From Kiritimatiellia bacterium (lineage in GTDB: Bacteria > Verrucomicrobiota > Kiritimatiellia > JAAZAB01): 64,000 nucleotides of DNA. The notes under the pieces are model-generated. The model was not told the DNA's origin, did no database searches, and worked only from the letters and a program-made list of their open reading frames with translations. Positions 18,794-28,706 of the stretch are shown piece after piece (position 1 is the stretch's first letter; each line of letters starts with the position of its first letter). Position numbers and translations under genes: made by a program. The stretch spans positions 32,001-96,000 of the forward strand of contig JAXGPF010000012.1 in NCBI GenBank assembly GCA_040767085.1, written 5' to 3'.

Positions 18794-19584
18794 GCGCGCC
18801 GGCACTGCCAGACAAGCGCGCCATCGTCACCGGCGGCAGCCAGGGACTGGGCGCCGCCCTGGTGGAACGGCTGCTCCGGGAAGGCTGCCGGGTCATGGCC
18901 GCGGATATCCAGGTGGAAGCGCTGGAAAAACTGCAAGCCGGCCTGGCCGGCCGTTACCCGGCGGCCCTCCAGATTCAACGCTGCGATGTCACCAACGAAG
19001 ACGAGGTGCGGGCGCTGGTGGAATCGGCGGTTGCGAAATTCGGCGGGCTGGATATTTTCGTGGCCAATGCCGGCATCCTGATTTCCGGGCCGATCGCCGG
19101 GTTCCCCGTGGAAAAATGGCGCAAGGTGATCGACGTCAACCTCGTGGGGCAGATGCTCTGCATGAAACACGCCCTGCCGGCGATGCAGGCCGCGGGCGGC
19201 GGTTCGTTCATTCAGATCAATTCCAAGTCCGGCAAAAAGGGATCATTCAAAAACTCGGCTTACGCGGCCTCCAAGTTCGGCGGCATCGGCCTGGTGCAGA
19301 GCGCGGCGCTGGAGATGGCGGAAAGCGGCGTCCGGGTGAACGCGGTCTGCCCGGGCAACATGCTGGATTCGCCGCTCTGGGTGAACAGCCTGTTCAAGCA
19401 ATACGCCCAAAACCAGGGCGTCAGCGAGGCGGAAATCCGGCAGCGCTACATTAACCAGGTGCCGATGAAGCGCGGCTGCAGTTATGACGATGTATGCAAC
19501 CTGGCGGTATTTCTGGCGTCGGACCAGTCAACCTACATGACCGGGCAGGCGATCAACGTCACCGGCGGCCAGGAAATGCGCTGA
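18790..19584 (+). CDS. srlD: Sorbitol-6-phosphate dehydrogenase-like SDR
   Basis: TGGSQGLG, IQINSKSGKKGSFKNSAYAASKFGG, YMTGQAINVTGGQEM. Confidence 0.8.
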   Translation: MSAPALPDKRAIVTGGSQGLGAALVERLLREGCRVMAADIQVEALEKLQAGLAGRYPAALQIQRCDVTNEDEVRALVESAVAKFGGLDIFVANAGILISGPIAGFPVEKWRKVIDVNLVGQMLCMKHALPAMQAAGGGSFIQINSKSGKKGSFKNSAYAASKFGGIGLVQSAALEMAESGVRVNAVCPGNMLDSPLWVNSLFKQYAQNQGVSEAEIRQRYINQVPMKRGCSYDDVCNLAVFLASDQSTYMTGQAINVTGGQEMR

Positions 19585-19640
19585 TCCGCAGTTCCCAATT
19601 CCAACCTCAAACAACTGTTGAACCTGATTCAACCCCTGGC

Positions 19641-19682
19641 AACCCTGAACCCCGAACTCTGAACACCGAACACCGAAATCTG
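19641..19682. repeat. Degenerate heptamer tandem repeat x6
   Basis: aaccctg aaccccg aactctg aacaccg aacaccg aaatctg. Confidence 0.8.
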
Positions 19683-19695
19683 GAGGAACGGTTAT

Positions 19696-21234
19696 ATGTC
19701 CAAAACCTGGCGGCTGATGGCGGTTGACCTGGGCGCTTCCGGCGGCAAGTGTTTTTACGGGGAGTTGGCCGGCGGCGCGTTTTCCATGCGTGAAGTGCAC
19801 CGGTTTGCCCATGAATGCGTGGCTTTCGCCATCCCGGACCGCGCCGGGCAGGTGGCGGAACGCATGGTTTGGGATGACACCCTGATCTATGCCAACATTA
19901 TCGCCGGATTGCAGAAACTCTGCCGCGAATACAGCGCCGAACTGGACAGCATCGGCGTGGATACCTGGGGCGCGGACGGCAATTTGATCAGCGCGGACGG
20001 CGATATGCTCGGCAAGATCTACGCTTACCGCGACCACCGGCTGGATCATATGATCGAACAGGTCCGGGCGCGCATTCCCGCCGAACGCCTCTATGCCATT
20101 ACCGGCATCCATTTCCAGCCCTTTAACGTCAGCAATCAACTGCTGTGGCTGATGCTGCACCGCCGGCAATTGCTGCTGGAAGGTTGCCGCTACCTGCCGG
20201 CGCCGACTTTGTTTTATTATTACCTGGGCGGCGCCATGGTCGTGGATTCCACCTGGGCCAGCGTAACCCAGTTGATGGATGCCGCCCGGCGCGACTGGAG
20301 CGCGGAAGTGCTCCAGGCGCTGGGGATTCCCCGGGGCATCATGCCTGAGATCGTTCCGCCGGGCGCCAGGATCGGGACCATGCACAGTATCCTGGCCGAT
20401 CAGGTTGGGCTGAAAAATCCGCCGGCCTTAATTGCCGCACCCGGGCATGATACCGCCAGCGCCTTTGCCGCCGCCCCTGCCGCCGATCCTGCCCATGCGC
20501 TGATCATCAGTTCCGGCACATGGTCGCTGGTGGGGCGGCTGGTGCCTCGGCCGATTACCACGCCGGCCGCCATGGCCGCCAACCTGAGCAACGAAGGCGG
20601 TATTGGCAATATCCGCTTGTTGAAAAACTGCATGGGCGGCTGGCTGGCGCATGAATTGCGCCGGGTCTGGCGCGGCCAGGATGGCCGGGAAATGCCGTGG
20701 GACGAGATGTATCAGCGGGCGGCTGCCGCCCCGGCATTTGCCGCCTTGATTGATCCGGACGATCCGGGTTTCTATAATCCCTCCAATATGGAAGAGGCGC
20801 TGCTGGCCTATTGCCGCAAAACCAACCAGGCGCCGCCGGATGGCCGCGGGGGATTGCTGCGCATGGTGTACGAAAGCCTGGCCTTAAAGTATCGCGTCAT
20901 CCAGGAAGACCTGGCCGCGGTATGCGGCAGCGCCGCCCGGATCGTTCATATCGTTGGCGGCGGCGCCCGCAACACGATGCTGAACCAGTTCGCTGCGAAT
21001 GCCTTGCATATTCCGGTGGAAGCGGGTCCGTTTGAGGCTACCGCCATCGGCAACTTGATGGTGCAGGCCGTGGGGATCGGGGCGGCGGAATCGCTCGCGG
21101 CGATCGTGCCGTCCGTCCGGCGGGCTTTCCCCGTAGATGTGTTCCAGCCGCAATCAGAAGCGGCCGCCGGATGGGATCGGGCCTACGCGCGCTTCCGGGC
21201 ACTCGCCGCGGAAGAACGGCGGTCAAGGGACTGA
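19696..21234 (+). CDS. Rhamnulokinase-like FGGY carbohydrate kinase
   Basis: AVDLGASGG, GVDTWGAD, GHDTASA, ISSGTWSLVG, SNEGG, EATAIGN. Confidence 0.85.
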   Translation: MSKTWRLMAVDLGASGGKCFYGELAGGAFSMREVHRFAHECVAFAIPDRAGQVAERMVWDDTLIYANIIAGLQKLCREYSAELDSIGVDTWGADGNLISADGDMLGKIYAYRDHRLDHMIEQVRARIPAERLYAITGIHFQPFNVSNQLLWLMLHRRQLLLEGCRYLPAPTLFYYYLGGAMVVDSTWASVTQLMDAARRDWSAEVLQALGIPRGIMPEIVPPGARIGTMHSILADQVGLKNPPALIAAPGHDTASAFAAAPAADPAHALIISSGTWSLVGRLVPRPITTPAAMAANLSNEGGIGNIRLLKNCMGGWLAHELRRVWRGQDGREMPWDEMYQRAAAAPAFAALIDPDDPGFYNPSNMEEALLAYCRKTNQAPPDGRGGLLRMVYESLALKYRVIQEDLAAVCGSAARIVHIVGGGARNTMLNQFAANALHIPVEAGPFEATAIGNLMVQAVGIGAAESLAAIVPSVRRAFPVDVFQPQSEAAAGWDRAYARFRALAAEERRSRD

Positions 21235-21288
21235 CCGCCCTACCGAAGAACTGGGAAGAACGGCGGTCAAGGGACTGACCGCCCTGCC
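21211..21288. repeat. Two direct copies of a GTAG-type REP hairpin
   Basis: GAAGAACGGCGGTCAAGGGACTGACCGCCCT(A/G)CC x2; the first overlaps the kinase stop codon. Confidence 0.85.
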
Positions 21289-21291
21289 TGT

Positions 21292-22074
21292 TCAAACGCA
21301 TTTGAATGCAAATTCCGCCGCGACGATCGTATGATCGGACGGCCGTTCCGAACGGCGGGGGGCAAGGTCAATTTCGCTGCCGGTGGACTTCTGCGCCAGC
21401 GCCGGCGAAGCGAGGATGTGGTCCACGCGCCAGCCGGTATTGCGCTGCACGGCGTCGCGCACGCGGTAGTCAAAAAAACTGTATTGCCCCGGCTCCGGAT
21501 GATGCTTGCGGAAGACATCCACGAATCCCCAGGCCAGCGTCTGCTCGAATGCCCGGCGCACGGACAGGTGGAAGCAGACATGATTCTCCTGCCGCTCGGC
21601 GTTGTGAATATCAATGGCCGCGGGCGCCACGTTCAGGTCGCCCACCCAGACCACGGGATCGGCCGTCTTGAAATGCCGGTCGAAATACCGCCGCAGCCGG
21701 GCAAACCATTCCAGCTTGTATTGAAACATCGGGTGGTCAAGTTCGCGGCCCTGCGGGACATAGGTGTTGACCACCTGCAGGCGGCCGAACCGGGCGTACA
21801 GCAGCCGTGTGGCGTCCCTTGGCCCGCCATCATCGAAGCCGCCGCGGAATTCATCGGGCTTGCGCCGGGAAACGATCGCCACTCCGTTGTAGGATTTTTC
21901 ACCCTGGAAAACCGCATGGTAGCCCTGGGCCAGGAAATCGCCCGCGGGAAATTCAGAATCCGTCACCTTGGTTTCCTGGAGGCACAAAACTTCCGGCCGG
22001 CGGCGTTCCAGCCAATCCAGCACGACCGGCAGGCGCGTCCGCAGGGAGTTGACGTTGAAAGTTGCGATCAGCAT
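21292..22074 (-). CDS. xth: Exodeoxyribonuclease III
   Basis: ATFNVNS, CLQETK, YNGVAI, GDLNVAP, GWRVDH, PSDH. Confidence 0.93.
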   Translation of the reverse strand: MLIATFNVNSLRTRLPVVLDWLERRRPEVLCLQETKVTDSEFPAGDFLAQGYHAVFQGEKSYNGVAIVSRRKPDEFRGGFDDGGPRDATRLLYARFGRLQVVNTYVPQGRELDHPMFQYKLEWFARLRRYFDRHFKTADPVVWVGDLNVAPAAIDIHNAERQENHVCFHLSVRRAFEQTLAWGFVDVFRKHHPEPGQYSFFDYRVRDAVQRNTGWRVDHILASPALAQKSTGSEIDLAPRRSERPSDHTIVAAEFAFKCV

Positions 22075-22077
22075 GAT

Positions 22078-22109
22078 AAAAAAAGAGCGCCGCCCGGCGG
22101 GCGGCGCTC
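22078..22109 (-). terminator. Rho-independent terminator
   Basis: 11-bp stem GAGCGCCGCCC/GGGCGGCGCTC followed by U7 on the minus strand. Confidence 0.8.
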
Positions 22110-22126
22110 CAGGTGTCAGGCGTGGT

Positions 22127-22525
22127 TTATTCTTCGGAATCGCCCTGGCCGCTCAGCGGGCCGGTAGCTTCCGGGCCGCCTTCGGCGGGAGCGGCGGGCG
22201 CTGCGGGAGCGGCTTGCGCCGGGGCCACGGGTTCAATCGCAGTCACGCTGTCCAGTTGGATGTTTTTCTGGTCGCCCGTCTGGCTGATTTTGCCCTTTCC
22301 GGTCACCTTCACATCCTGGCCGGCGCAATCGCATTTGCATTTCGCGCAGGCATCGGCCGGCATATCCACCTTGCAGCCGTCGGCCATCTTCAACACGCAC
22401 TTTGTGCCTTCCTTGCACATTTTGCCTTTCAGGCAGATCGTGTCGTCTTTGGCCTGTTCCGCCATGACCGCTCCCGCCGCCATCATCAAACCAACCGCCG
22501 CGCTGACAATAATTTTCGACTTCAT
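22127..22525 (-). CDS. Small secreted Cys-rich protein, OB-fold-like, with Ala/Pro tail
   Basis: AGGAG RBS, signal peptide, 8 Cys, VKVTGK strand. Confidence 0.65.
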   Translation of the reverse strand: MKSKIIVSAAVGLMMAAGAVMAEQAKDDTICLKGKMCKEGTKCVLKMADGCKVDMPADACAKCKCDCAGQDVKVTGKGKISQTGDQKNIQLDSVTAIEPVAPAQAAPAAPAAPAEGGPEATGPLSGQGDSEE

Positions 22526-22789
22526 TTTTTTACTCCTGATTGCTTGCTGAGTTTTCCGCATCGTACTGCTTAGGAAATATGTTTATCCCCCGGATGCATC
22601 CTTTCGCGACAATAAGGTTTAAATCCATCATGCGGCAAGCCCGGGGCGCATTTCCCAGGGTAGGGCGCAGCACCTGTGCCACGGCTGGCCGGGTTGCAGG
22701 AAAAACCGACCGCGTTTGCAGCATACTAACGTACAACTTTTTACTATGTATCACACCCGCCCGGCAAAAAGCAAGCCGAAAACATGTCC

Positions 22790-22990
22790 GGCTCGAGCCG
22801 TCCGCCCGCGCGGGGATGAGCGGAACCACGGATGGCGCTGATGGCACGGATGGGAGAGACGTCGCCCTACCTCCAACAGGTTTCCCCGGTGGGGCGAGCT
22901 CTCCCTGCGGGCTACGTTCGGCTTTGACGGACTTCGCTGAAGCTATGCAGGGCAAGCCGAGCGAGCCGTCTGCCCGCGCGCGGGGGGATG
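22790..22990. repeat. Modular REP-like repeat cluster
   Basis: GAGACGTCGCCCTACC, GGTGGGGCGAGCTCTCCCTGCGGGCTACG shared with 17.5 kb; direct repeat CGAGCCGTCYGCCCGCGCG...GGGATGAGCGG at both ends. Confidence 0.8.
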
Positions 22991-22999
22991 AGCGGCCGG

Positions 23000-24256
23000 T
23001 CAGCGCGCGGTTTGGAGCAGGCGGTAGGCGGCGCGCATGGCCGCTTCCGGGTCAGGCGCGCCGCCGGCGCAATATGCCGCCTCGAATTGCCGCTGGGCGG
23101 CCGCCATGTGGGCTTGGCATTGATAGCGGCGGTACAGGCGGTCGGCTTGCGTGTAAAACCGGCCGCTGACCAGCGGCCGGAAACTGGCGGTACACGCAAG
23201 CGGCACGGGAAAGTAAACCGAATGGCGGGTATTGCCGCAGCAGACGTAATTCACGGATTGCTCCGGATGGCGTCGGTCAATTACCTGCAACTGCGCGGAG
23301 ATGGTCATCCAGAAATGTTCGCGATCGTCGTTGCACAGCGCATCCGGCGCATGCCGGCGGTCGCGGGTGATGGCGAACAAGTCGCGCGGCGCGGGGTTCC
23401 CGCGGCGCCGCGCCAGCAGTTCGGTCATCCGCGCGCGCCGGGTCAGTGTGTTGCGATTGGCAGGTGCGGTCTGCCAGCGCCGGGCGGGGGGCAGCAAGAA
23501 GTGGTTGGAGATGACCAGGCTGCCCCGGGAAAAGAATTTGCAGGTGTAATCGCCGGCGCCGGTTTCCACCAATAGTCCCTGTTCGGCATCCGCGAAGGTG
23601 TAAATCGCGCCGCGCGTCGGACTGGCGCCGCCGGCCAGTTTTTCGGTCATCAGCCAATCCATCAGGCGCGGAATCTCCCGGACATTGCGCGCGCGTTCGG
23701 CCAGCAGGCGCAGGATATGGCAATCGTTCAGGCGCGGCTCGTCCGGCAGGGTCACATGGCTGCCGGTATTGTTCGCGCCGGCGAGCGGCCGCCCGGAAAA
23801 AACATGCGCCGCCCCCAGGTTGCCGATGTCTTTGGCCATTTGCAGGGGCGCGCCGTCCGGCAGACGGGTGGTGTAAAAGGTTTGGGCGTGGTTGCACTCG
23901 TCGCGGATTTTCAGCAATTGCACGGCCGCGCGGCCGACCGATAACCAGGTGGTGCAGTGCATGCCGGCGTCCGGCGGCGGAGCCGGCGGGAAGGGGCAGT
24001 TCAGCCAGAGAATATCATTAATTGCCACGCCGGCGCCGCGCGCCATGCCCGCGGCTTCCGTCAGCCAATGCGGCGCCGCCCGCCGCAGGATGTCCTTAAA
24101 CTCCCGCAGATATGCGCGGCTGACGCGCGCCGGTTGGCGCTGCTGTTCCATCTGGCGCCGGCGCCCGGCAATCCGCTTCCGCAATACCGCGGCCGCCAGC
24201 CGGCCCAATTGCAGCCCATTCCGCGCAGCGTTGCCGGATAGTTCAAAATATTGCAT
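23000..24256 (-). CDS. Ntn-hydrolase, peptidase C45-like
   Basis: GxxxxxGxQxG start, ExxGMAxGAG, internal HCTT nucleophile position, KIRD, SNHF. Confidence 0.6.
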   Translation of the reverse strand: MQYFELSGNAARNGLQLGRLAAAVLRKRIAGRRRQMEQQRQPARVSRAYLREFKDILRRAAPHWLTEAAGMARGAGVAINDILWLNCPFPPAPPPDAGMHCTTWLSVGRAAVQLLKIRDECNHAQTFYTTRLPDGAPLQMAKDIGNLGAAHVFSGRPLAGANNTGSHVTLPDEPRLNDCHILRLLAERARNVREIPRLMDWLMTEKLAGGASPTRGAIYTFADAEQGLLVETGAGDYTCKFFSRGSLVISNHFLLPPARRWQTAPANRNTLTRRARMTELLARRRGNPAPRDLFAITRDRRHAPDALCNDDREHFWMTISAQLQVIDRRHPEQSVNYVCCGNTRHSVYFPVPLACTASFRPLVSGRFYTQADRLYRRYQCQAHMAAAQRQFEAAYCAGGAPDPEAAMRAAYRLLQTAR

Positions 24257-24278
24257 AGGTCCATCCTTTAATGTTGGA

Positions 24279-25838
24279 TTATGATCGTGAAAGCCGCCGG
24301 AGCAGTTGCCAGACGGACTGGCGTTCGGCGGCGTTCAGAACGCGGCGGAAATAATACCCTCCGAACGCCAGCAACGCGAGCGCCGTGACCGCGTAGCGCC
24401 AGCCGCAGGCGGCCGGCGCCGCGATGCCGGCCAGGAGCGCCAGGCACAAGGCCGCGCATTCCAGCAGCCGGCGCGACGTTGGGCGCGTCGCCGGCGCCTG
24501 GCGTCCGGCAATAAATAATAATGCCACCAGGTCAATGCCCGCCCGCAGAAACCAGGCCATGGCGGCGCCGGCGATTCCATGCCAGGCGATGAAGACCGGC
24601 AGGGCCAGCATAAAAATCACCAACTCCGCCAAATGCAGCCCGGCCGGCAAATCCGGACGGCCCAAGCCTTGCAGGAAGGCGAACGGCACGTAGGACAATC
24701 CGTTTAAAAAAACGCCGGCCGCCAGCCAGCGCATAACCGTTGAGCTATTGGCGGAATATTCTTCGCCCAGCCATAAGAACAATCCCTCCGGCGCCAGCGC
24801 GACCACCAGCAACGCGGCCGGGAACAGGATGCCCGGCAGGTAGCGCATGCCGCGGCTGAATAACAAGGCCGTGTCGCGGGCGCCGGCCTCCGGAGATGCG
24901 GCCGCGCCGCGGGCCGCGCTGGCCGAGAACGAGGGGAACAGCACCGATACCCAGGCGCGCGGAAAGACCAGCAGCCGGATCACGATTTCCGAAGCCGTGC
25001 CGTAATATGCCACCGAAGTTGCGGAAACCATGGCGCCAATGATGAACCGGTCAACATGCGCCATGAACGGCATGACCAGCGAGGAAACCGTCAGCCAGCC
25101 GCCGAACCTGGCCATGGGAGCGACCAGTGCCCATTCCACCCGCGGCCGCGTGCGCAAAGCCGGGATTTTGACCAGGCAGAGCGCCAGGTAGGCCAGCGTC
25201 TCCGCCAGCCGGCCGGCGATCAGCACCGCTACCACCGCCGGCAGGTAGTTGGTAATCAGCACCACGCACAGCGGTCCCAGGAAAGTGAAACTGCCGGCGG
25301 GGATGCGGACGCAATTGATTTGCCGGAAAAACTGGTGGGATTCCAGCATGCCGATCAGGCCGGTGGTGGCGATCACCACCGGCATGCCGAGGGCGACGAT
25401 GTAAAATGCCGTCAAGGTTTCGGCCCGCAGGTTTTCCGGCAGTTGCAGCCAATGCCCGGCCAGCAGCGGCGCCAGCGCGCCGATGGCCAGCATCAGCAGG
25501 CAGCCGATCCCCAGCATCAGGAGCATGGCCGTCCAGAACAGCTGCGGAATTTCAGCGGTGTGTTCGGAGCCGCCCAACCCCAGTTTCGCGGACGCCATTT
25601 TGGTTAAAGCACGTCCGAGGCCGAGGTCGAAAATGCTGAAGTAGCCGACCAGCATCCAGATTAACAGGAGCAGGCCGTAACGCTCGTTGCCGAGGCGGTT
25701 GATCAGGATGGGATAGGCAAAGAGCGCCAGGACCATCGGCAGGCACATGCCGGCCAGATTCCAGACAGTATTGCCGGCCAGGCGGCGTGCGCCGGGCCGG
25801 GCGTAATGATTTTGCGGGTTTTCCGTCAGGGAAGACAT
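24279..25838 (-). CDS. Polysaccharide flippase (Wzx/MOP family)
   Basis: NTVWNLAG, LGNERYG, FDLGLGRALT, DRFIIG...VAYY; many TM helices. Confidence 0.85.
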   Translation of the reverse strand: MSSLTENPQNHYARPGARRLAGNTVWNLAGMCLPMVLALFAYPILINRLGNERYGLLLLIWMLVGYFSIFDLGLGRALTKMASAKLGLGGSEHTAEIPQLFWTAMLLMLGIGCLLMLAIGALAPLLAGHWLQLPENLRAETLTAFYIVALGMPVVIATTGLIGMLESHQFFRQINCVRIPAGSFTFLGPLCVVLITNYLPAVVAVLIAGRLAETLAYLALCLVKIPALRTRPRVEWALVAPMARFGGWLTVSSLVMPFMAHVDRFIIGAMVSATSVAYYGTASEIVIRLLVFPRAWVSVLFPSFSASAARGAAASPEAGARDTALLFSRGMRYLPGILFPAALLVVALAPEGLFLWLGEEYSANSSTVMRWLAAGVFLNGLSYVPFAFLQGLGRPDLPAGLHLAELVIFMLALPVFIAWHGIAGAAMAWFLRAGIDLVALLFIAGRQAPATRPTSRRLLECAALCLALLAGIAAPAACGWRYAVTALALLAFGGYYFRRVLNAAERQSVWQLLRRLSRS

Positions 25839-26192
25839 CCGGGGCAATATATGCCATACGGCCGGCCGGCACAAGCGCCGTTTTCAATTGCCTCAGGCAC
25901 CGGCGTTTGTTAGCTTCAGGTTCACGATCGTATCCAGTCATCTCAAACACCGTTGCGAGGCGGCACATGCGCATGATTGATTCCTAAAAAACACGGCATA
26001 GGCCAGCCGCAGGAATAACGCTGGGAACCTTTGCCGCCATTGTTGGCGCCGATCTCGGGCGGCTGGAGGATGTGCCGGTTTTCGGCGCCCTGGTGCTGGT
26101 CTGGAAAATCGGCGCCGGCCGCTGCCGGATATCGCAGATCGAAGCCGTCAAGGCGCTGGGGCGCCAGGACGGCGCGGCCCGGCGTTACCTGG

Positions 26193-27014
26193 TCAATCTG
26201 CTCCGCGCCTGGCTGAATTCCGATTGAGCCGCGGCGCCGCGCGGTGATTGCGGATGACGCGTTGAAAGGCGGCGGGGACCGTCTGGTCCCGCTTGATTTT
26301 GCGCAAGGTCGCCGCCAGTTCATCCACCCACATGTTCATGTAGGTTTCCCCTTTTTTTCTGGAAGCCGTGTGCGGTTCGCCCACGCACAATTCCGGATAC
26401 TGCATTGGCCAGCTTACCGGTACCGTGGCCGCGCCGATATCGGGCAGCCGGTTGATGGGGAAGGACTTTTTCTTCATTTTTTCCAGGTGAACCAGTCCGT
26501 CGCCGGACGCCATCACCATGCTGGTTTCCACCGAGCAGGCATGACCGTAATGCGCGGCTTGATCCATCTGCGCCATGGCCTTGAATTTCCCGGCATAGGC
26601 GGGAATATTGTAAATTGCATAAGGCTTGCCGGCTTCCAGAATGCGCGCTGGAAATATCGCGCCCAGGTAACAGCCATGTCCGTTGGCCAGGCATATTTTG
26701 GTGAAGCCGTTCCGGGCCGCTTCGTCGCAGATGTTTTCCAGCAGCATGAAGATAACGTCCTGCTTGATATGCACACCGCCCGTGCCCGCCGGCGCGCCCG
26801 TGACGACGCTGTAGTAAAGCGTCGGCAGGATGGCGACCGTCTCCCTTTGGGCGAGCCGGCGCATGGCTTCATCCACCGCCAGCCCGTCCGATCCCAAGGG
26901 CAGATGCGGTCCATGGGTTTCCAGACATCCCAGCGGCAGCACCGCTACGCCCTTGCTTGCCCGCCGCAACTTCGGGAAATCCCCGGCGCTGACCCGCGCC
27001 CAGAAACATTCCAT
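26193..27014 (-). CDS. Creatininase-family amidohydrolase
   Basis: LPLGCLETHGPHLPLGSD, NGHG, GHACSVETS. Confidence 0.88.
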   Translation of the reverse strand: MECFWARVSAGDFPKLRRASKGVAVLPLGCLETHGPHLPLGSDGLAVDEAMRRLAQRETVAILPTLYYSVVTGAPAGTGGVHIKQDVIFMLLENICDEAARNGFTKICLANGHGCYLGAIFPARILEAGKPYAIYNIPAYAGKFKAMAQMDQAAHYGHACSVETSMVMASGDGLVHLEKMKKKSFPINRLPDIGAATVPVSWPMQYPELCVGEPHTASRKKGETYMNMWVDELAATLRKIKRDQTVPAAFQRVIRNHRAAPRLNRNSARRGAD

Positions 27015-27111
27015 GATCCGATCCTCCTGTTGGTTTATCCTGAATTTAAAGTATGCCGTTCCACGGCATCAACTGCCTATCCGCGCCGGCCCGCGGCCAG
27101 GCGGCGGGCGG

Positions 27112-28131
27112 TCAACGGTTTTTGGCGATGACATCGCCCACGGCCGCAATGGCCGACATGTGCTGCTCCCGATGTTGTTCCAGCGTCGCCCGCCAGCTGG
27201 TTTGCATAAATCCGTACAGGCGTCTGGCGGCGATGTTTTTGCGGCAGAATTTCACCGTCTCGGCGAAATTGACGGGTTTCGACGTTATCCCGCCGGTGGG
27301 AACCTGATCCATCCGCAGTTTTTCCAGGTCCAGGTACGCCTGCACGGGTTTCAGCCGCAGCGGCTTGGTCATGTTCCCGCGCGGCCGGACCGGGTCGTCC
27401 ATGACCTGCGGATTGGCCCGGATCAGCACGGTCGCCGGATGCACCCGCTTGTAATACCACCAGTTGCTCTGCAGCACGTCCCGCCGCATGTTTTTGGCGA
27501 AATCCAGGGGATGGTACCACTGGTAATCGGACCAAATCCACGGGCGGGCGCCATGGCCGCGGACGGCATCGCACAGCAGGTTCAAGTCATGCCAGTACAG
27601 GTCGAACTGGCGGATGACCGTCAGGCGGTTGTAAATCTGGTTGACGGCGGTTTCCTCGTCCATGCCGAGATGGAAAAAGCGCGGCCCGTCAAAAATCTCG
27701 CAGACCTCGGCGATCAAGTCGCGGCAGACGCGGTAATAAGTTTCCGTGGCTAGCATCCGGGAATACTGGCCAAGCCAGACATCGTGCGCCGCGGCGAAAT
27801 TCAGCTTGGGAATGATTTCAATCCCCATATTCCGCGCCGCGGCAATTTCCTTTTTCAAGCGCGCCGGGGTCCAGGCGTTTTTGACGGCGATTTCCGGGTG
27901 ACTGCGGTAGGCCACGCCGTCGCCCAGGTCCAGCACGACCATGTTCATGCCGGCCGCGGACATGGCGCGCAGGATGTCCCGCCAGAGCCGCTCGTCGAAC
28001 CGCAGATAGGGCTTGGCGACGGCTTCGCTGGTTTTGTTCTTAAAAAGGGATTCCGAGCAATCGAACCACATATTGTAGCTTAAATGGATGAGGTTGGCCC
28101 AGATGGGCGGCCGCGGTTGATGTGTTCCCAT
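27112..28131 (-). CDS. GH20-like TIM-barrel protein
   Basis: IPKLNF, FHLGMDEE acid pair; start at MGTHQ behind AAAGGA, as the longer ORF N-terminus is translated repeat DNA. Confidence 0.6.
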   Translation of the reverse strand: MGTHQPRPPIWANLIHLSYNMWFDCSESLFKNKTSEAVAKPYLRFDERLWRDILRAMSAAGMNMVVLDLGDGVAYRSHPEIAVKNAWTPARLKKEIAAARNMGIEIIPKLNFAAAHDVWLGQYSRMLATETYYRVCRDLIAEVCEIFDGPRFFHLGMDEETAVNQIYNRLTVIRQFDLYWHDLNLLCDAVRGHGARPWIWSDYQWYHPLDFAKNMRRDVLQSNWWYYKRVHPATVLIRANPQVMDDPVRPRGNMTKPLRLKPVQAYLDLEKLRMDQVPTGGITSKPVNFAETVKFCRKNIAARRLYGFMQTSWRATLEQHREQHMSAIAAVGDVIAKNR

Positions 28132-28349
28132 GGCGAATCCTTTTTCCCGGCTTTTCCCGGCTGCGAGCTCGAGATTAATGACTTTATGCGCATCGGCGCA
28201 TGTGCAAGCGTACACTGGCGAGATTAGGTGCGGCCCACAGCCGGGGCAAGCGGAATGTTTTGCTATTTTGTGGAATTTCTTGCTCACCCCCTCCGGCGGA
28301 GTTTTTCGGGGGGGGGGTGATTTGTTCCGAGTCAAGTCAACCGCCGAAT

Positions 28350-28530
28350 GTCCGCCTGCGCCCGGCTTCGGCGCGGCACGCCGTTCGGCTACTACAATTC
28401 CGGACTGTAGTAGCGCCCGCCTACGCTTGGCTTCGGCGGGCACGGCCACTGCTTGTCCTGCGTAGTCTGACGAAGCAGGATGTGGCGCATCCGCCGAAGT
28501 TTGGCGAAGCAGGACGTGGCGCAATCCGGC
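28350..28530. repeat. Modular REP-like repeat cluster
   Basis: CGCCGTTCGGCTACTACAATTCCGGACTGTAG shared with 30.44 kb; TTGTCCTGCGTAGTCTGACGAAG shared with 17.56 kb. Confidence 0.85.
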
Positions 28531-28706
28531 CGGCCGTGTGGACAGGCGCGCGCTTTTTTGCTTGTTTTAATAAGCCTTGGAACTTAAGTTCGATGCGCGG
28601 TCAAACATGGCAGGATCATGACCGGCAAGGCCCATAACCGCATGGGACGTTTAATTCACAATATCCGGATTTGAGTTCCGGTCTGGCGCCAATCAGGGAG
28701 ACAAAG

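Noticed and set aside
19641-19682. Heptamer run as the flank of an intervening-sequence gene
   Set aside because: No complementary heptamer arm and no enclosed ORF
22526-22790. Riboswitch in long leaders (also 10430-10800 and 28132-28350)
   Set aside because: No recognisable aptamer consensus by eye; an Rfam scan would be needed to exclude one
28132-28524. N-terminal extension of ORF 27112-28524
   Set aside because: It translates intergenic and repeat DNA; a start with an RBS exists at 28131
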